Shown: positions 43,699-57,428 of the stretch, piece by piece | Position numbering within the stretch: position 1 is the first letter of the stretch | Layout: each line of letters begins with the position of its first letter | NCBI GenBank assembly: GCA_021613535.1 | Contig: CP075496.1 | Coordinates: forward strand, 10,788,001 to 10,852,000 | Length of the DNA: 64,000 nucleotides | Origin: Adineta vaga | Lineage: Eukaryota > Animalia > Rotifera | Reading direction: 5' to 3' | Made by a program: the position numbers and the translations under genes | Notes under the pieces: model-generated | Told to the model about the DNA's origin: nothing | Databases searched by the model: none | The model's input: the letters and a program-made list of their open reading frames with translations, nothing else

Positions 43699-46600
43699 TT
43701 AGGAAAATATTGTAATCACTTCGCGGCCACTACCACGCATTAATAATAAACGATCTAAACCTTCAGTTAGTGCATCAACATATTCCATATAAGAATACGC
43801 AGCTAAACTGGATTGTTTGGAGGGTGGTGATGGAAGATTAATAAGAACTAATTTGGCATCACGGGAACGTTCAAGAATCTCTTGATTAAGTCGAACTGCT
43901 GAATGCATTTTACGCATTGAAGATGTTGTTCTTTAGTAGAGAAAAACAAATTCTTTGAAAATAGAAGAAAGTTTTTCATTTTAAAATTCTTCTTACACAT
44001 CTTTTTTCAAATTTTCTAATTGTTTTGGAGTAAATGTATAATGATATTGACTATTTGTTTCTTCAATACTCGCCTTTCGTTGGTCTTGCTGTTGTTGACT
44101 ACTCATCATTGTTTCCATCAAAATTTGAGGCTAAACAAAAACGTTTTTTTTTAGTGAAATAATCAAAAAGAAAATCATATAAAAACTACAGTGCACGACA
44201 AAGCTAATGAACATTTTAGTGCTAAACTAACTACATGTATGATATGTTAATATATAGAAAAATCACCTTGCTCGTTCGTCGTTCAAATCCTATTGCCTAT
44301 ACATTGAGGATAATTAACATTAAAATCATATTGTGAATCTACTTACTTGAAGTTGAAGTTCTTTATCCGCTAATTTCAAATCTTTCAATAGTTTAACACG
44401 TTCTGCTAATCTCAATGTTCTTTCATGAGCATAAGCAGAGATTTCTTGATCAGCCTAAAAGAATTCATAATTATGATTGTTTGAAAGAAGAAAATAACGA
44501 ACCATTTCCACAACATCAACTTCTGCTTCAATACGTAGTTGATACATATATTGTTCGAGTTCTTTTTTCATTTCAACAGAATTATCTTCCAATTGTGCGA
44601 CAGTAAATAAACGTAAACGACAACGAGACCAAACTTTATTACGTTTTAAGAGAAAAGCAATAAGAAAAAGTAAACCACCATCATGTATAATCCACCAAAT
44701 ATCAATGGTACCCTCTTGAATACTTTTATTATCGGGAAAGTTGTCAATATTTTTTGGAACAATGACAGCACATTGCCGAGCTTCAGCGATAGCAATTGTA
44801 CCTAAGATAAATTTTCATAATTTATTACATTCATCAAAATGAAGATGATCGTCTTACGAATAAATGCATCAGCTGTATAACTATCAAAATCTTTTTTCCA
44901 TTGCGTTGGCCAACAGAGAACGATTGTATTTGGTCGTAAACCACCTAAACCTTCCGTTTGAATTCTATAGATGAAAGTTATATTTCTAATTTGATTATTT
45001 GATTATGAAAATTCTTACAATGCACTGATTCCATCTTCAGCATCTTTTGCAGATAATACTTCAACAAAACCTGGTACTTTTGCTTGTGCCATATTCACTT
45101 TTAATAACTAGAAGAAACGAAAATACAATCATATAATTTTCATATGTATATTTTGAAGAAGAATTCTATCGAAAGAAATATACATACCTCACGAACAGGT
45201 GCAATATGCTGATGGTTATCAAGATAATCACCTTCTAAAATACTTGCAGCTACCACAAAACCTCGTCCTAATACATAGAACAAGAATTTCTTTATGCACT
45301 TCAAATTCATTTGATTTCTTCTTACCTGCTTTCAATTGATAAAGAAAATTCAATACTCTCGTATGATGTAGGATATATGTTTCATTCTCTTCATTTCGTT
45401 GTACATTGACAAAAGCAAGTAATTGTGGTCGCCAATTTTTCGTATGCGGTGGAGCTTCATCAACACGATACAATGCATAGCGAGCTGCAGACATCGATAA
45501 ACCACGTATACCATCACCCCATTCTTTTTCCGCCCTGAAAATAGACTCTCGAAAAATCACGAACCACTTCTCGAAAATGTTTACATTACCCTTTATATTC
45601 AATAAATTTGTATATAACAATAGCAATCAACATGGCAACAAGAGAAAAATACCATGAAGCAATAAACATAATTGAAATACAAAGAAATACACCAATCACA
45701 GAAAGAATCCTAAAATAAAAAACAGATATTGAATACGATATGAATTTTGTTTAATTTTTACCAATGATAAAAACGAAAACGTGGTCGCCAACTAGGTGCT
45801 TTCAAAATAGTTTGTAATGCACATGCTAAATTGACGAATCCATAGCATAATAGAAAGAACCTGAAATAACAAGGAATGAAATGCAACGAAGAAACAGGAA
45901 ACATTTCAGATATTTTACATCGAAAGTAATGCAGTAAGTTTATCGACATCAGCAATTAAAATTCCACATTCACAGATAAGTAATGTAAGAAAAAGTGCTG
46001 GTACTGGTTCACCGCGATAAGATCTAGCGAATGGTTTCAGTATCGGTATTAAATCATCTTTGGCTACAGCTTGTAATAACCTTGGTGCACCTATTTACAG
46101 AGGAAATTTCATAGTTCGAGAAAACAAATCCTTCACAATATCTACCTGTTAAAGTTTGTAAACCTGCTCCAACTGTCGAACAAAATGCTCCGACCATAAT
46201 AACCCATTTACTTGGCCAAGCTAAAACTGCTACAACCAATTGCTTATTAATACTGTCACCGAATTTATCTCTCAATAATGAACTATGTGTGCATGCAGCA
46301 AGGAAAATCACATTAGATAGATCTAAATAAAAATCGAAAATATAAATAGATAAATAAAACAACGTAAATCATACAAATAACTGATGTTGTCAATATAGCT
46401 GCTATAGTTCCACGTGGAATACTTCGACTTGGATCGCGTAAATCACCACTACGATTTGAACCAGCCATAATACCTACAATACAACAAAGAGTTCTTTTTC
46501 TTTCTTCCCGTTATGTATTATAATTAATTATTACCAGTAACAGACGGAAAATAGATTCCGACAAGAATTAGAAATGTTGTTAATTCTTGAGCTACAACTT

Positions 46601-48710
46601 CAAATGTTGAATCTCCTTTGATATCACGTTCAATTTCACCTTTACCACGGTAATGAGAAAAAAGATTTTCTGAAAAAAACAAAACAATTCATTTTTTCAT
46701 AAAAGCATCATAATTTACCTGATAATTGCCATTGTTTTAATCCAGGTACACCTGCTTCAATGCGAACATCATTAATATGTCGTCCATCTGATGAACATAA
46801 TGGATGCATAGTTTTATTACACATAACGGAATAGAGTGGACATAATATCGTTTGATTTCCATCAAAACACGTTCGATTTCCATGACAAAAACGACGTATA
46901 TCATTATTTAGAATATTTGATTTAATTAAATGAGGCGGATCATAACCAACAAGACAAATACTAAAAATAAATAATTAATCCAAAGCTTTCTTTTGTTTAC
47001 GTTGACTTACGGAAGATCAGGTGGACTAAATGAACTTTTAATAACACCGGCATAGATAGCCACAATAGAAATTAATACAGCAAATAATGATAGAGGAGCA
47101 ATCTTTGTTACAAATCGAATACCAATCAATACACATGCTCCAATTAATAGAAGTAGTAAAGTACCATATACTCGATAATGATTAAAAGCAACTTCTGGTA
47201 TTTCGACGTCTTCTCCATAAAAACGACATTTTTCTGGACACATATATTTCTAAATAGATAAATGAAGAAAGACGAAATTCTAAAGCAAAAATATCAAAAT
47301 GACATACAACAATAATTTCTACTGCACCAACAATATACATAGATGCAGCAAATGTATTTCCCAGATAAAATAAAATTCCTACAGCACCACCAAATTCAGG
47401 TCCAAGTGAACGAGATATCATAAAATAAGCTCCACCGGCTGGTACAATTCCATTCGTTGCAATAGCTGCCATTGAAATAGCTGTTAGAAGTGTCTATCAA
47501 GCAAAAATCAAAGTCATAATAAAATTCAAAGAAACAACTCGACATACACATGAACTACAGATAAATACGATTAAAAGTGTTTGAAGTGCACCAGCAATAC
47601 CAATTAACCAAAACAAACGAATAAAAACAATAACACCTGAAAATAGATATTCAATTAAAATGTCTACGATATAAATTTAATTACCAAATATATTTTGAAC
47701 ACACGGTAGATAAACACCGAATATAGTACCAAGATTTGCAGATTTCTATAACAGAAAAATTCATAGTAACTGTTTCAAATTTCTTTTGAAATGCTAAATT
47801 ACCTGTTCATTAACTCCTGGTTTTTCTGCTTCGATGGCATTTGGTACAATTCCACCTTTATAATTATATAATTGATCTAGTACAGTTCGTGGTCGATGTT
47901 CGCGTTCCTTTTCAAATAAATTTTTATTGTTATTCAATAACAAACTATTCTGTATTTCTCTTTCGATACATACTTCATAAATACTTTCATTGAATTTAAC
48001 TGTAGCATCAGATTCGTGTCCACTTTGTAAAGGTATTCTTTCATTGTCTATTAATAGATTTGTGCTATTAACTCCATCTAAAATAGAACAGATATATCTT
48101 ATATAATTATCTCATTAATATCACAAATTTACCATTATCATTACTATCAGGTAGTTCGGATGATTTCACTACAACAAAGCGTCCACTTTTTTCAATTGAT
48201 GACAAAGAATCTAAGTAAAAAGAATTTTTATTTTTTAATGAATCATATGGTATTTATTTTCTCACTCATAGGATAGAATTACTCTTCTTTCTTTATTTCT
48301 TAGACGTTAAAAATTCCAAATGAAACTAATTTTTTATATTCACTCATTTTCACGGTTGTAAAAGAAGAAAAAGAAAATTTCAACGTGCATATAATTGAAT
48401 CTGACATTTTCTATATCTTTATTATTTGCTAAGAATATATCTTTTTAAACACGAAGAAAACAATCACTTCAAATGTATTCAAAGTCTTTGAATCATTAAA
48501 TATTAATACAAATCAAATTTGATTAATGAAAATTTCTATTAGAAAACACGAACCTTTTCTCGAAGTGGATGATGGATCATCTTGAATTATACTCGCTTTT
48601 CGTTGTAAAGAATTCGATATTTCATCGTGAAATTTGACATGATTTGATGATCGATCAAATGAGATTATTGTTTGATGTGGCTGTTCGGTTGAATGTGTTG
48701 GTGTTGCCAT
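43699..48710 (-). CDS. KCC: K-Cl cotransporter (SLC12A4-7 family), many exons
   Basis: [97 protein letters not shown] and C-terminal [12 protein letters not shown]. Confidence 0.97.
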
Positions 48711-50400
48711 TATTTGATCTATTGCAAGAACTATTAATTTACGTGTGATAAATAAACAAATAAACAGAAAAGAAATGTTATCCTTTCTGTGATTTCTTCT
48801 GCTGTTCTCTTCGACTTCTTCTTCTTCTTCTTCTTTTTCTTATTTTTTTTTGCTTGCTTTTTTCTCTCCTACCTGATTATAGAATAGCACGATATACTAG
48901 TCGTAATGACAGTGGTAATCGTGGATATATGAATAGTGATGGTAGTTGTAGAGTTCTTCTAATGCTTCCTTATAATCTTCTTGGACTTGTTGCGTTCTTC
49001 TTGTTTCCTATTTGTTTGCAGTTTGTCGTTCTCAAGCAACTCCTTGTTGTTTGGGATGGTACGTTAATAATGTGCAGATTCTTAATAACATTCGAATCGT
49101 TATTGAACATGGAAGTATATAATGAAAAAAGGACACGACAACAAGCAGATTGTTCTTTGTCTGCAATTAAATAGAAAACAAAAAATCACCAAACAAATAG
49201 ATAGGAAGAAAGAGAACCACACTAACTATCATTATTTCAGTTTTCTCATGTTAGATTTGAATTTTTTATCTGTGCGTATATCTCTAAGTGAAAATATTCA
49301 AATGAAAATATGACACATTCTTAATAATCTCGCATATATAGAGAGCATCAACAAAGATGATGTAGAGGGTCGGTTTTGGCCTGAGGCCACATATAAACGT
49401 CTTACGTAGAAGAGAAAGAAAAAAAATACATTAATTGTGTGGAATATGACATTGAAAACTTCTAGCCATAATCATAATCCTCAAAAATTTTGTGTCATTT
49501 TCTTTACATCCGCATCGTTTCTCTGGTTTTTTCTCTTCTTCTCTAGTTTTTTTCTATAACGCATATTTTTTTGCTCAGACTATTAACTATGCTGATTTTT
49601 CGAGTAGAACTCATGCACTGTCATAGACAGACGCTGCGAAACATATCAGTACTATCAATATGGTTAATAAAAAAGAATTCATTCTTCTTTTTTCGACAAA
49701 AATTTCTAACTTCAATTCAAAAATAACATATCTATATTAGACGACAACTTTCTTAAGTCGAATTTTTTTCCTTATTCGTTTGTTCGTATTATCTAAGAAA
49801 ATTGAATTTATTTCCGAAAAACTTATCTTAAAAAGTCTTATCCGACTTGAATCTATCTCAAGAATGATTGGATCAAATAATTGATTTTCTTGTCAAATCC
49901 GTTTTCTCGCTGTCTATCATCATTTTCTAGTTTCATGCTTTCTTTAAGAAGAAAAAAAAATCTTTCTTATTCAATCTGCTCAATCATACGGTCAAGTGAT
50001 ATTCTATAGAAAACGAAGAGAAAAAAAAAATTGTCTTACATAAAGAAACGGAAAGAGATTACTTTTCTATGCTAATTTGTATATTGTGAATCGCTATTAT
50101 TTATATATAAAAGATTAATTTCTGTAAAATTTTAGAAATCCATTTTCTTTTGCATGTCATAGAATGTAACATACCTAGTTAACGCTACTGAATTTTCTTG
50201 CATTTAGTCTTTCTCATTACATTTAGAAATAAAATAATTAACGGAGCAGAAAATTATTAGAAATGTCTTGACATGCGTATGAGCGTAGATCTATGTTTAA
50301 GTCACAATTAGCATATGGAACTGGTTATAATCAACGTTTTTTGCTGAATTTATACTATTTCGATCAGCACAGTCATAATAACAACAACAACAAAGACATC

Positions 50401-50425
50401 AATAATAATAATAATAATAATAATA
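50401..50425. repeat. (AAT)n microsatellite
   Basis: About 8 AAT units. Confidence 0.9.
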
Positions 50426-51530
50426 AATACCAAGACGCTGTATGACTCGCGATATATATATAAAGCCGATCAAAAGAAAAAGTCAAACACTCAGCATCGA
50501 GCACAAACATTAGTTTTATAAATGCATACGAACTCGTATAGAGATCACAGCTGCAAACAATCGTCTGAAATTGACTTTCTTTTTATCGTCAACAGGAAAA
50601 TGCTCATAGGGTATTGTCAAATTGACATCCACTTGCAACGAAATAGAATAGATAATTCTAATTAAAATAAATAATGAAAAACTCGCATGTTTCTATTCTA
50701 TTCAATTCAATATTAATTTCAATTATATTACGACAAAAAACAGTTCCATCTTTACATACTAACAAAATATTATTAGAACAATTGTTGTTTTTCTGGTCTT
50801 TCCTCTCTTCTATTATCTCTCTGCGTTGTTCTATATATATACACATATGTGTATGTGTTACCCTAACTACTATAATGGCACTCAAACGAGATAATCACCC
50901 ATAAATCTGATGATGATCATAGACATTTATACTCATTTCTATGACCTTGTGTCATGTTTATAGTAATGGTTAAGTCACACTTATCATTCAGTAATGTATG
51001 AAGGGATGAATAGAAATCTCTTCTTTTTCTCAAATATTATTTACAGAGAAAGAAAATACAAAGGACTGGAATACAATCAGTAACTTTAGTATTTATGTCA
51101 ATTCTTTCGATGAAAATCTTTGTTGCTTTGAATAGAAAATGATTTCCTGTTTTTCTAACTAAGTCATAGAAATCAATGAATGAATGTCAATGTTAGTTTT
51201 TCTCTAAACTGAATTTTCTTTTTCAATTGACTTGATCAAATTGATTGAATTCATTGCATTTTTTCTTGAAAACTATTCATAGACAAGAATAGTACCGAAA
51301 CATAGGTCATATAACAATCAAATTAATTATTTAGAACTCGAAGAAAGAAAAGAAAGAAAGAAAGATGTTCTTTTAGTTTCTTCGGATAGATGTAACAAAA
51401 GAGGTCGCTTGTGTTTGTAAAATACGAAGTCCATTGCTTGACGACGATGTTTACAAGTGTTTTTCGCATGCATATAACAAAAAAAACCACTTCATTTCAT
51501 TTACTGTATCAGTTCTTCTATTGATCATAC

Positions 51531-54500
51531 ATGGCGTTACCATTTTTACCTGGCAACACATTCGAACGCAAAGTAATTAAGGATTATTTCATTATGAATT
51601 GGATTTTAAGTAATGTTATATATTGCTTTTTGAAGGTTGGTAAAGATAAATTTCATTTATCACATCAATTTGATAAGTACAATGGAGTGGCTATGCCAAC
51701 AGGTAGTCAATTAGGTGTTGGTGGTGTTCCATTACCAGGAGAAGATCTTCGACCAAAAAATTCTGTTTATCCTCGAGGTAATCATTTGAGAAAACTAAAG
51801 AAATCTACAAAAATTGAAATCGAATTATATAAATAGGTGAAGGACCTGATCGACCAGCATGGCTTGCTTTCGATAAACAAGTACTTTGTTTTGATGCTTA
51901 TTTTCAAGAATCAATAACTGAACGTCCAGAAGAACAATATCGTATTCGAAAATGTCGAGTTTATTTTTATCCAGAAGATGATACAGTTCAAGGTATAACC
52001 TTCATTTAAGATGTAATAATTATTCTCTAAACAATTGTTTTTATTTAGTTGTGGAACAACGTCAAAATAATGTTGGTTTTCCTCAAGGTACAATCTTGAA
52101 ACTCATCGTGTACCATTACCAGCACCTAGTGATGATCGATTTTATACATATGATCAATTTAATGTTGGATCGGAAGTATCATTCTATGGACGTGTATACA
52201 AATTGATTGATTGTGATCCATTTACACGGAACTTTTTAACAAAATTGGGTGTACGTGTACCGCCAGGTATGAAATAAAGATTATTCTTTGCGCCATTTCT
52301 TTATCGATCAATCTTCTACTCTTAGGTTTTTGTGCTCCAGAAGATCCATTTCTTAAACATCGTCAAGGCGTAAGTATAAAGACATTTCAAAATTTATACG
52401 TCCTGAATGAGTAATAGCAAAACATATTCCAAAACAGCAGCTGATATTTTTTGAAACTACTGAAATCTTATAGAACCTTTGCAACCAGACGACTTAGATT
52501 CATTACTGATAGTTTCTTTACGTTCTTTTTTTTTTAGGCTGAAGGTACTCAAAATCCACTTCGACCATATGAAAGAATAGATACATTAAAACAATTTATC
52601 AATCATGATACACACGTTCTTCGTTTCTGGGGTGTTTGGGATGATTCAGAAAGTTTATATGGTGATGTACGAAATTTCGTTGTGCACTATTTTCTTTCTG
52701 GTAAGAAGTGAATTGAATTCTATTTAACAACAAATATAAATTTTCATTTCCTAAATAGATGATACAATGGAGGTTCGTGAAATTCTTCCACCAAATTCTG
52801 GTCGTGATGCACCACCCACATTTCTTTCTCGAAAAAAATTACCAAAAGATTTCGAAGGTTTACGTTTACCAGGTGAAAATGCTTCACGTACTGTTCTCAA
52901 TGTCTTTGGACAATTGAATAAACAACGTTACATTCTTGATAATCTTAAAGTAAATCGACTGAATTACGAAAAAACAAATTTTTCAATATATTCCTGTTTG
53001 ATAATTTCTAGACAGGTGCTCTTAATGAAAACTTTTATACTGATCAAGATTTAGCTATTGGTCAACTGATAAATGTTTTCGGACGAAAAGTTTTATTAAC
53101 AGATTGTGATGATTTTACTAAAAATTATTATCGTACAAAATATGGTATACAAGATTTTACACCAATTAATTATAAGAAAGGAAATGATTATAAACCATTG
53201 AAACAAAGTTATCCATGTAAGAGACTATTCAACAGATTAGAGAAATTCAATACGATTTTCTTTTTTTATTTATAACATAGATACGGGTTTTGGATCCGAA
53301 GAAGATTCGTTAAATTCAACGAAAAAACTTATTGCAGATCCAGTTAAGAAAGATTTCAACAAATTTATGGGTTTCGACCGGTAAGAAAAATATTCGAAAC
53401 TATACTTCACAAAAATTATTACTCACTGCAAAACACTATAATTTCTTTTTGCAAGATATATCGTCCGATTTAGAGGATTGAATTTTTTTCATGGCTTTCC
53501 TTTTCTTATTCGAAAATCTTGAAAACATCGACTAAATTGAGAAATTTTCTTGTTTAGACAAGCTCTTGAAAGTTACATACTTCGTTTTATGGCTAAAATA
53601 ATGACGGACGATCCTATACAATCTAAACGACGTTTTGTTATATCATATTTTCTTGCTGATGAAACCATTAGTATTCATGAACCTGTAACAAGAAATTCGG
53701 GTAAGAAAATTCGATTATCTACAATTCTATTTCCTATTTTTCTTTTGTAACAAAATAGGTATCGGTGGTGGTAAATTTCTTGAACGTCAAAAAATCAAAA
53801 AACCCAATCAACCACGCTATCCTCTTGAAATCTCGGACTATTTTGGTGCAACTGATTTCTTTGTTGGAGCTCGTGTTAACATCAATGGATTTGATTTTTA
53901 TTTATATGATGCTGACGAATATGCATTTAAAGTAATGGAAACAGAATCGTATCTTTTTCCAGTTGCAAATCAAAAATCAATCATTAACAAATTACGATCA
54001 ATTCTATCAAATAATCCTGATGCTGTTACTCAATTTGGACAACATGATCCTCAACATAAAGGTTATTTTGGTTATGAAACATTTTATTATTTAATGAAAA
54101 ATCTTGTTGGTGATCGATTGGTCGATCATGAAATTATCACATTAGCACGACATTATGCACCGAAAACAACACAAGAACATGATATCTATTCACTTGTTGC
54201 GACTGCTCAAGAACATTTAAGAAAAAATAATTATGAACATTTATTACCATTGAAAGAAAATTTAATTTCACGAGATCGAAGGTTTGATTTCTTAATTCCT
54301 TTTCTTTCTTTGTAATTTTATCTGTGTTATCTATCTCTAGTGGAAATGGTCGATTACCTGCTGATGAAGTTCGTATTGCCATACGTTCAGTTCATGTTCC
54401 ATTACCTGATTATCTTATAAACTTACTTATGAATCGGTATAAATTGATTTCAAATTCCAATCTTTCGATTTCTTCTTTTTATCTTCTTTTATTAGTATGG

Positions 54501-54778
54501 CTCAAAGTGATGGTTCAATCGAATACAATGATGTACTCGATGCATTGAATTGGCGGCAATTACCAGTTGCTAAGCCTACACCAACTAGTGAACATCAAGG
54601 AGCTGATTTTGCTTCAACACGTCATACAGATGATCTCGCTATGTTAGATCAAACAACACATGAACGTAAAAAATTCAATGTTCAATATTCTGTGATGCTC
54701 AATGATCTTGGTTTAAGTAATTCATACACAACATCAACACAAGGATCATGTGAAAATTGTGACGAATGTAGAAAATAA
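51531..54778 (+). CDS. EFHC2: EFHC2/RIB72-like DM10-domain ciliary microtubule inner protein (1-bp frameshift at ~52100)
   Basis: MALPFLPGNTFERKVGKDKFH N-terminus, PAWLAFDKQVLCFDAYF, three DM10 domains (YPEDDTVQV, FLSDDTMEV, FLADETISI) and an EF-hand-like C-terminus. Confidence 0.92.
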
Positions 54779-55286
54779 ATTCTTACTGATAATACATGAA
54801 TTCCAATACATATTCCATAAACATTCATAATATTAATACATATAATATCAACTTTTTTTTTCTATTTTCAAATTGAATAAATAAAAAGAAGTGCTTTGAA
54901 CAGAAATACAATTATAGTTACATTGTACAGACGAGACACTTTCATCATTCGATATAATTAATATGTTCGCATACAGTAATAATATGTTATTCCTATGATT
55001 TCTTTGGTATAGAAACTCTTTTTCACAATAATTTACGACTAGCGACATCTATTGCTGAAGTTTTAATTCAATTTCAAATGTTGAAATTTAATTCAAATAT
55101 TAATTCATCATTGAATGAAATTATTTTATTAGAAAATATATTTTTCTAAACGAAACTATTGAATAGAGAGGCTATTACTATAGAATAAGAATTCACATAT
55201 GAGAAAATGAGTTTTCGCTTTATCGAGTCCATGTAAAAACTTAAATTGCTATACATTTCCAAACACATACACAATTTTCCATAGAT

Positions 55287-57173
55287 ATGGCAAGTAAATT
55301 GAATTCAGAATTTAAAATATAATATAATCAGTCTTTCATTATACAGGCATTTACTCGTCAATTAAATCAACAACAAGGTACTAGTACCAATAATGCAAAT
55401 AATTGGTATGCTAATCAATATGCTCGACGTGAAGAAGAAGCTGATCGTGTTCTACGTGAACGACAATTGATGAAGGGTCGTATTGACACGGAAATGCAAG
55501 ACTTTGAGGCTAAAGCAGCAAATAAACGATATATTCGTGAACAGGCTCGTGTGGATCGTGATCGAGCAATGGAAGAAGGTATTATTCGAACACAAAATGA
55601 AAAAAGATTAGCAAGTGAATCGCGTGGTCAAGAAGAACGTTTAGCAAAAGAACTTGAAAGAATAAAACTTGATAAATTACGTGATGAAAAAATGCGACAA
55701 CAAATTCGGTAAAAAAAACAAAGTTATACTATTCAATTCAAAGTTTATTCTTCTTCTTCTAGTGAAACAAGTATTGAATTACGTGATTTAGAATCTAAAT
55801 TACGTGCTGCCTATGTTCAAAAAGAACGCACTGGTCAAATGGCAGAAAAGCAAGCATTAAAATTTGATTCATATTTAGAAGATGCAGAAATTGCTCGACG
55901 TATGCGTAGTGAAACCGATAAAGCGGAAGAAGATCGTCGTAAACGTGAAATTACTCGTCAACAAGAGATGATACGTTATAAACAAGATCTTCAACATCAA
56001 CTTGAAGAACGTGAATTAAATAAACAAAAAGCATATGAAGAATTTCTACGAGAGAAATTAGTTATTGATGAAATTGTTCGAAAGATTTATGAAGAAGATC
56101 AACGGTAAGTTTAATTCGAATGATTTCAATTGCAAAATGAAATAAAATTCCGTACGAATATATTCATATATATTTTCATGAGATTTTTTTCAGAGAAACG
56201 GAACGAAAATTAGAACGTCAACGTGCTACAAGAGATTTTATTGCGGAATTTAAAACAAAACGTGAACAATGGAAGATAATGGAACGTCAACGTATGGAAG
56301 AAGAAAATCGTCGTATCAAAGAATATGCTCGAACGCAGGAACAACGTCAAGAAGTCGCTAAAGCTGAAAAACGTGCACGTGAAAATGCATTAGATAAAGT
56401 TCAACGTGCATTAGGTGAACAAATAAAACGCGATCGTGAAGATCGTGAAGAACAAGAACTAGTACGGCAAGAATTATACCTTGAAGAACAAGAACAAGCT
56501 ATACGAAGACGTGAACGTGATGAAATGGAAGTACGAATTAAACAACGTCTTGAACTACAACGTGAACGTGATGAACAAATACAATTCAAACGTGTACGAG
56601 ACGACGAAGTTAAACAAGAAGAAGAAAGATTTCGACAACAAGTAAGATAGAAAAGAAAACGAATCCATATTCATATAATTATTTATTATCGAATAGTTAA
56701 TGGCTAAATTTGCTGAAGATGATCGTATCGAACAAATGAATGCTCAAAAACGTCGTATGAAACAAATGGAACATAAGAAAGCTGTTGATGCTCTATTAGA
56801 AGAACGTCGTCATCAAATGGCATTTGATAAGGTTAGTTTTGACATGAATAATCTGATGATTTAACTCTATGAAGATATTTCTAATTAGCAACGTGAAGTT
56901 GATGAACGTGCTCAAGCTGAACGTCTTGATCAAATGCGTAAAGATATTATCGAAGAAGAACGTATTAAATTACTTCGTGAACATGCACATCGTTTATTAG
57001 GATATTTGCCAAAAGTAAGATGAAGTAAGAAATGATTATTAAAAATAAATTTTATTGATATTTAGGGTGTTATTCGGGATGAAAAAGATCTTGATCATCT
57101 TGGTAATGACTTCAAAACTGAATTCAAACGACGACATGGAAATATGCAAAATCCCGGTGGTTGGGATAACTAA
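55287..57173 (+). CDS. MNS1: Meiosis-specific nuclear structural protein 1 (ciliary coiled-coil MIP)
   Basis: E/R/Q/K coiled coil with LMAKFAEDDRIEQMNAQKRRMKQMEHKK and IIEEERIKLLREHAHRLLGYLPKGV. The first intron (55290-55346) is GC-AG. Confidence 0.93.
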
Positions 57174-57428
57174 AAATTCTTATTCCTTTTCTTTTGTGGC
57201 CTTCTTTCCTATTTTCTTCTCGACAAAGATGTCATATATATATAGCCATTTATTTTTTCTAATAATACGCACACAGCTGTAAAACGAATTGAAAAGATGT
57301 CTACATTCTGAAGATATCGAATGTTGTTCGAATGGAAAAGTCTAAGGAAAACAAGAGTTTCATGACGATTATTTTCCACTTGTTAGAAATTCATGTGTAC
57401 TTTTATTTCACAAGTAAGAAATAAAAAT

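Noticed and set aside
51400-51470. X-box/forkhead-like words (attgcttgacgac, tgtttac) upstream of EFHC2
   Set aside because: Too degenerate or short to call in AT-rich DNA without conservation data.
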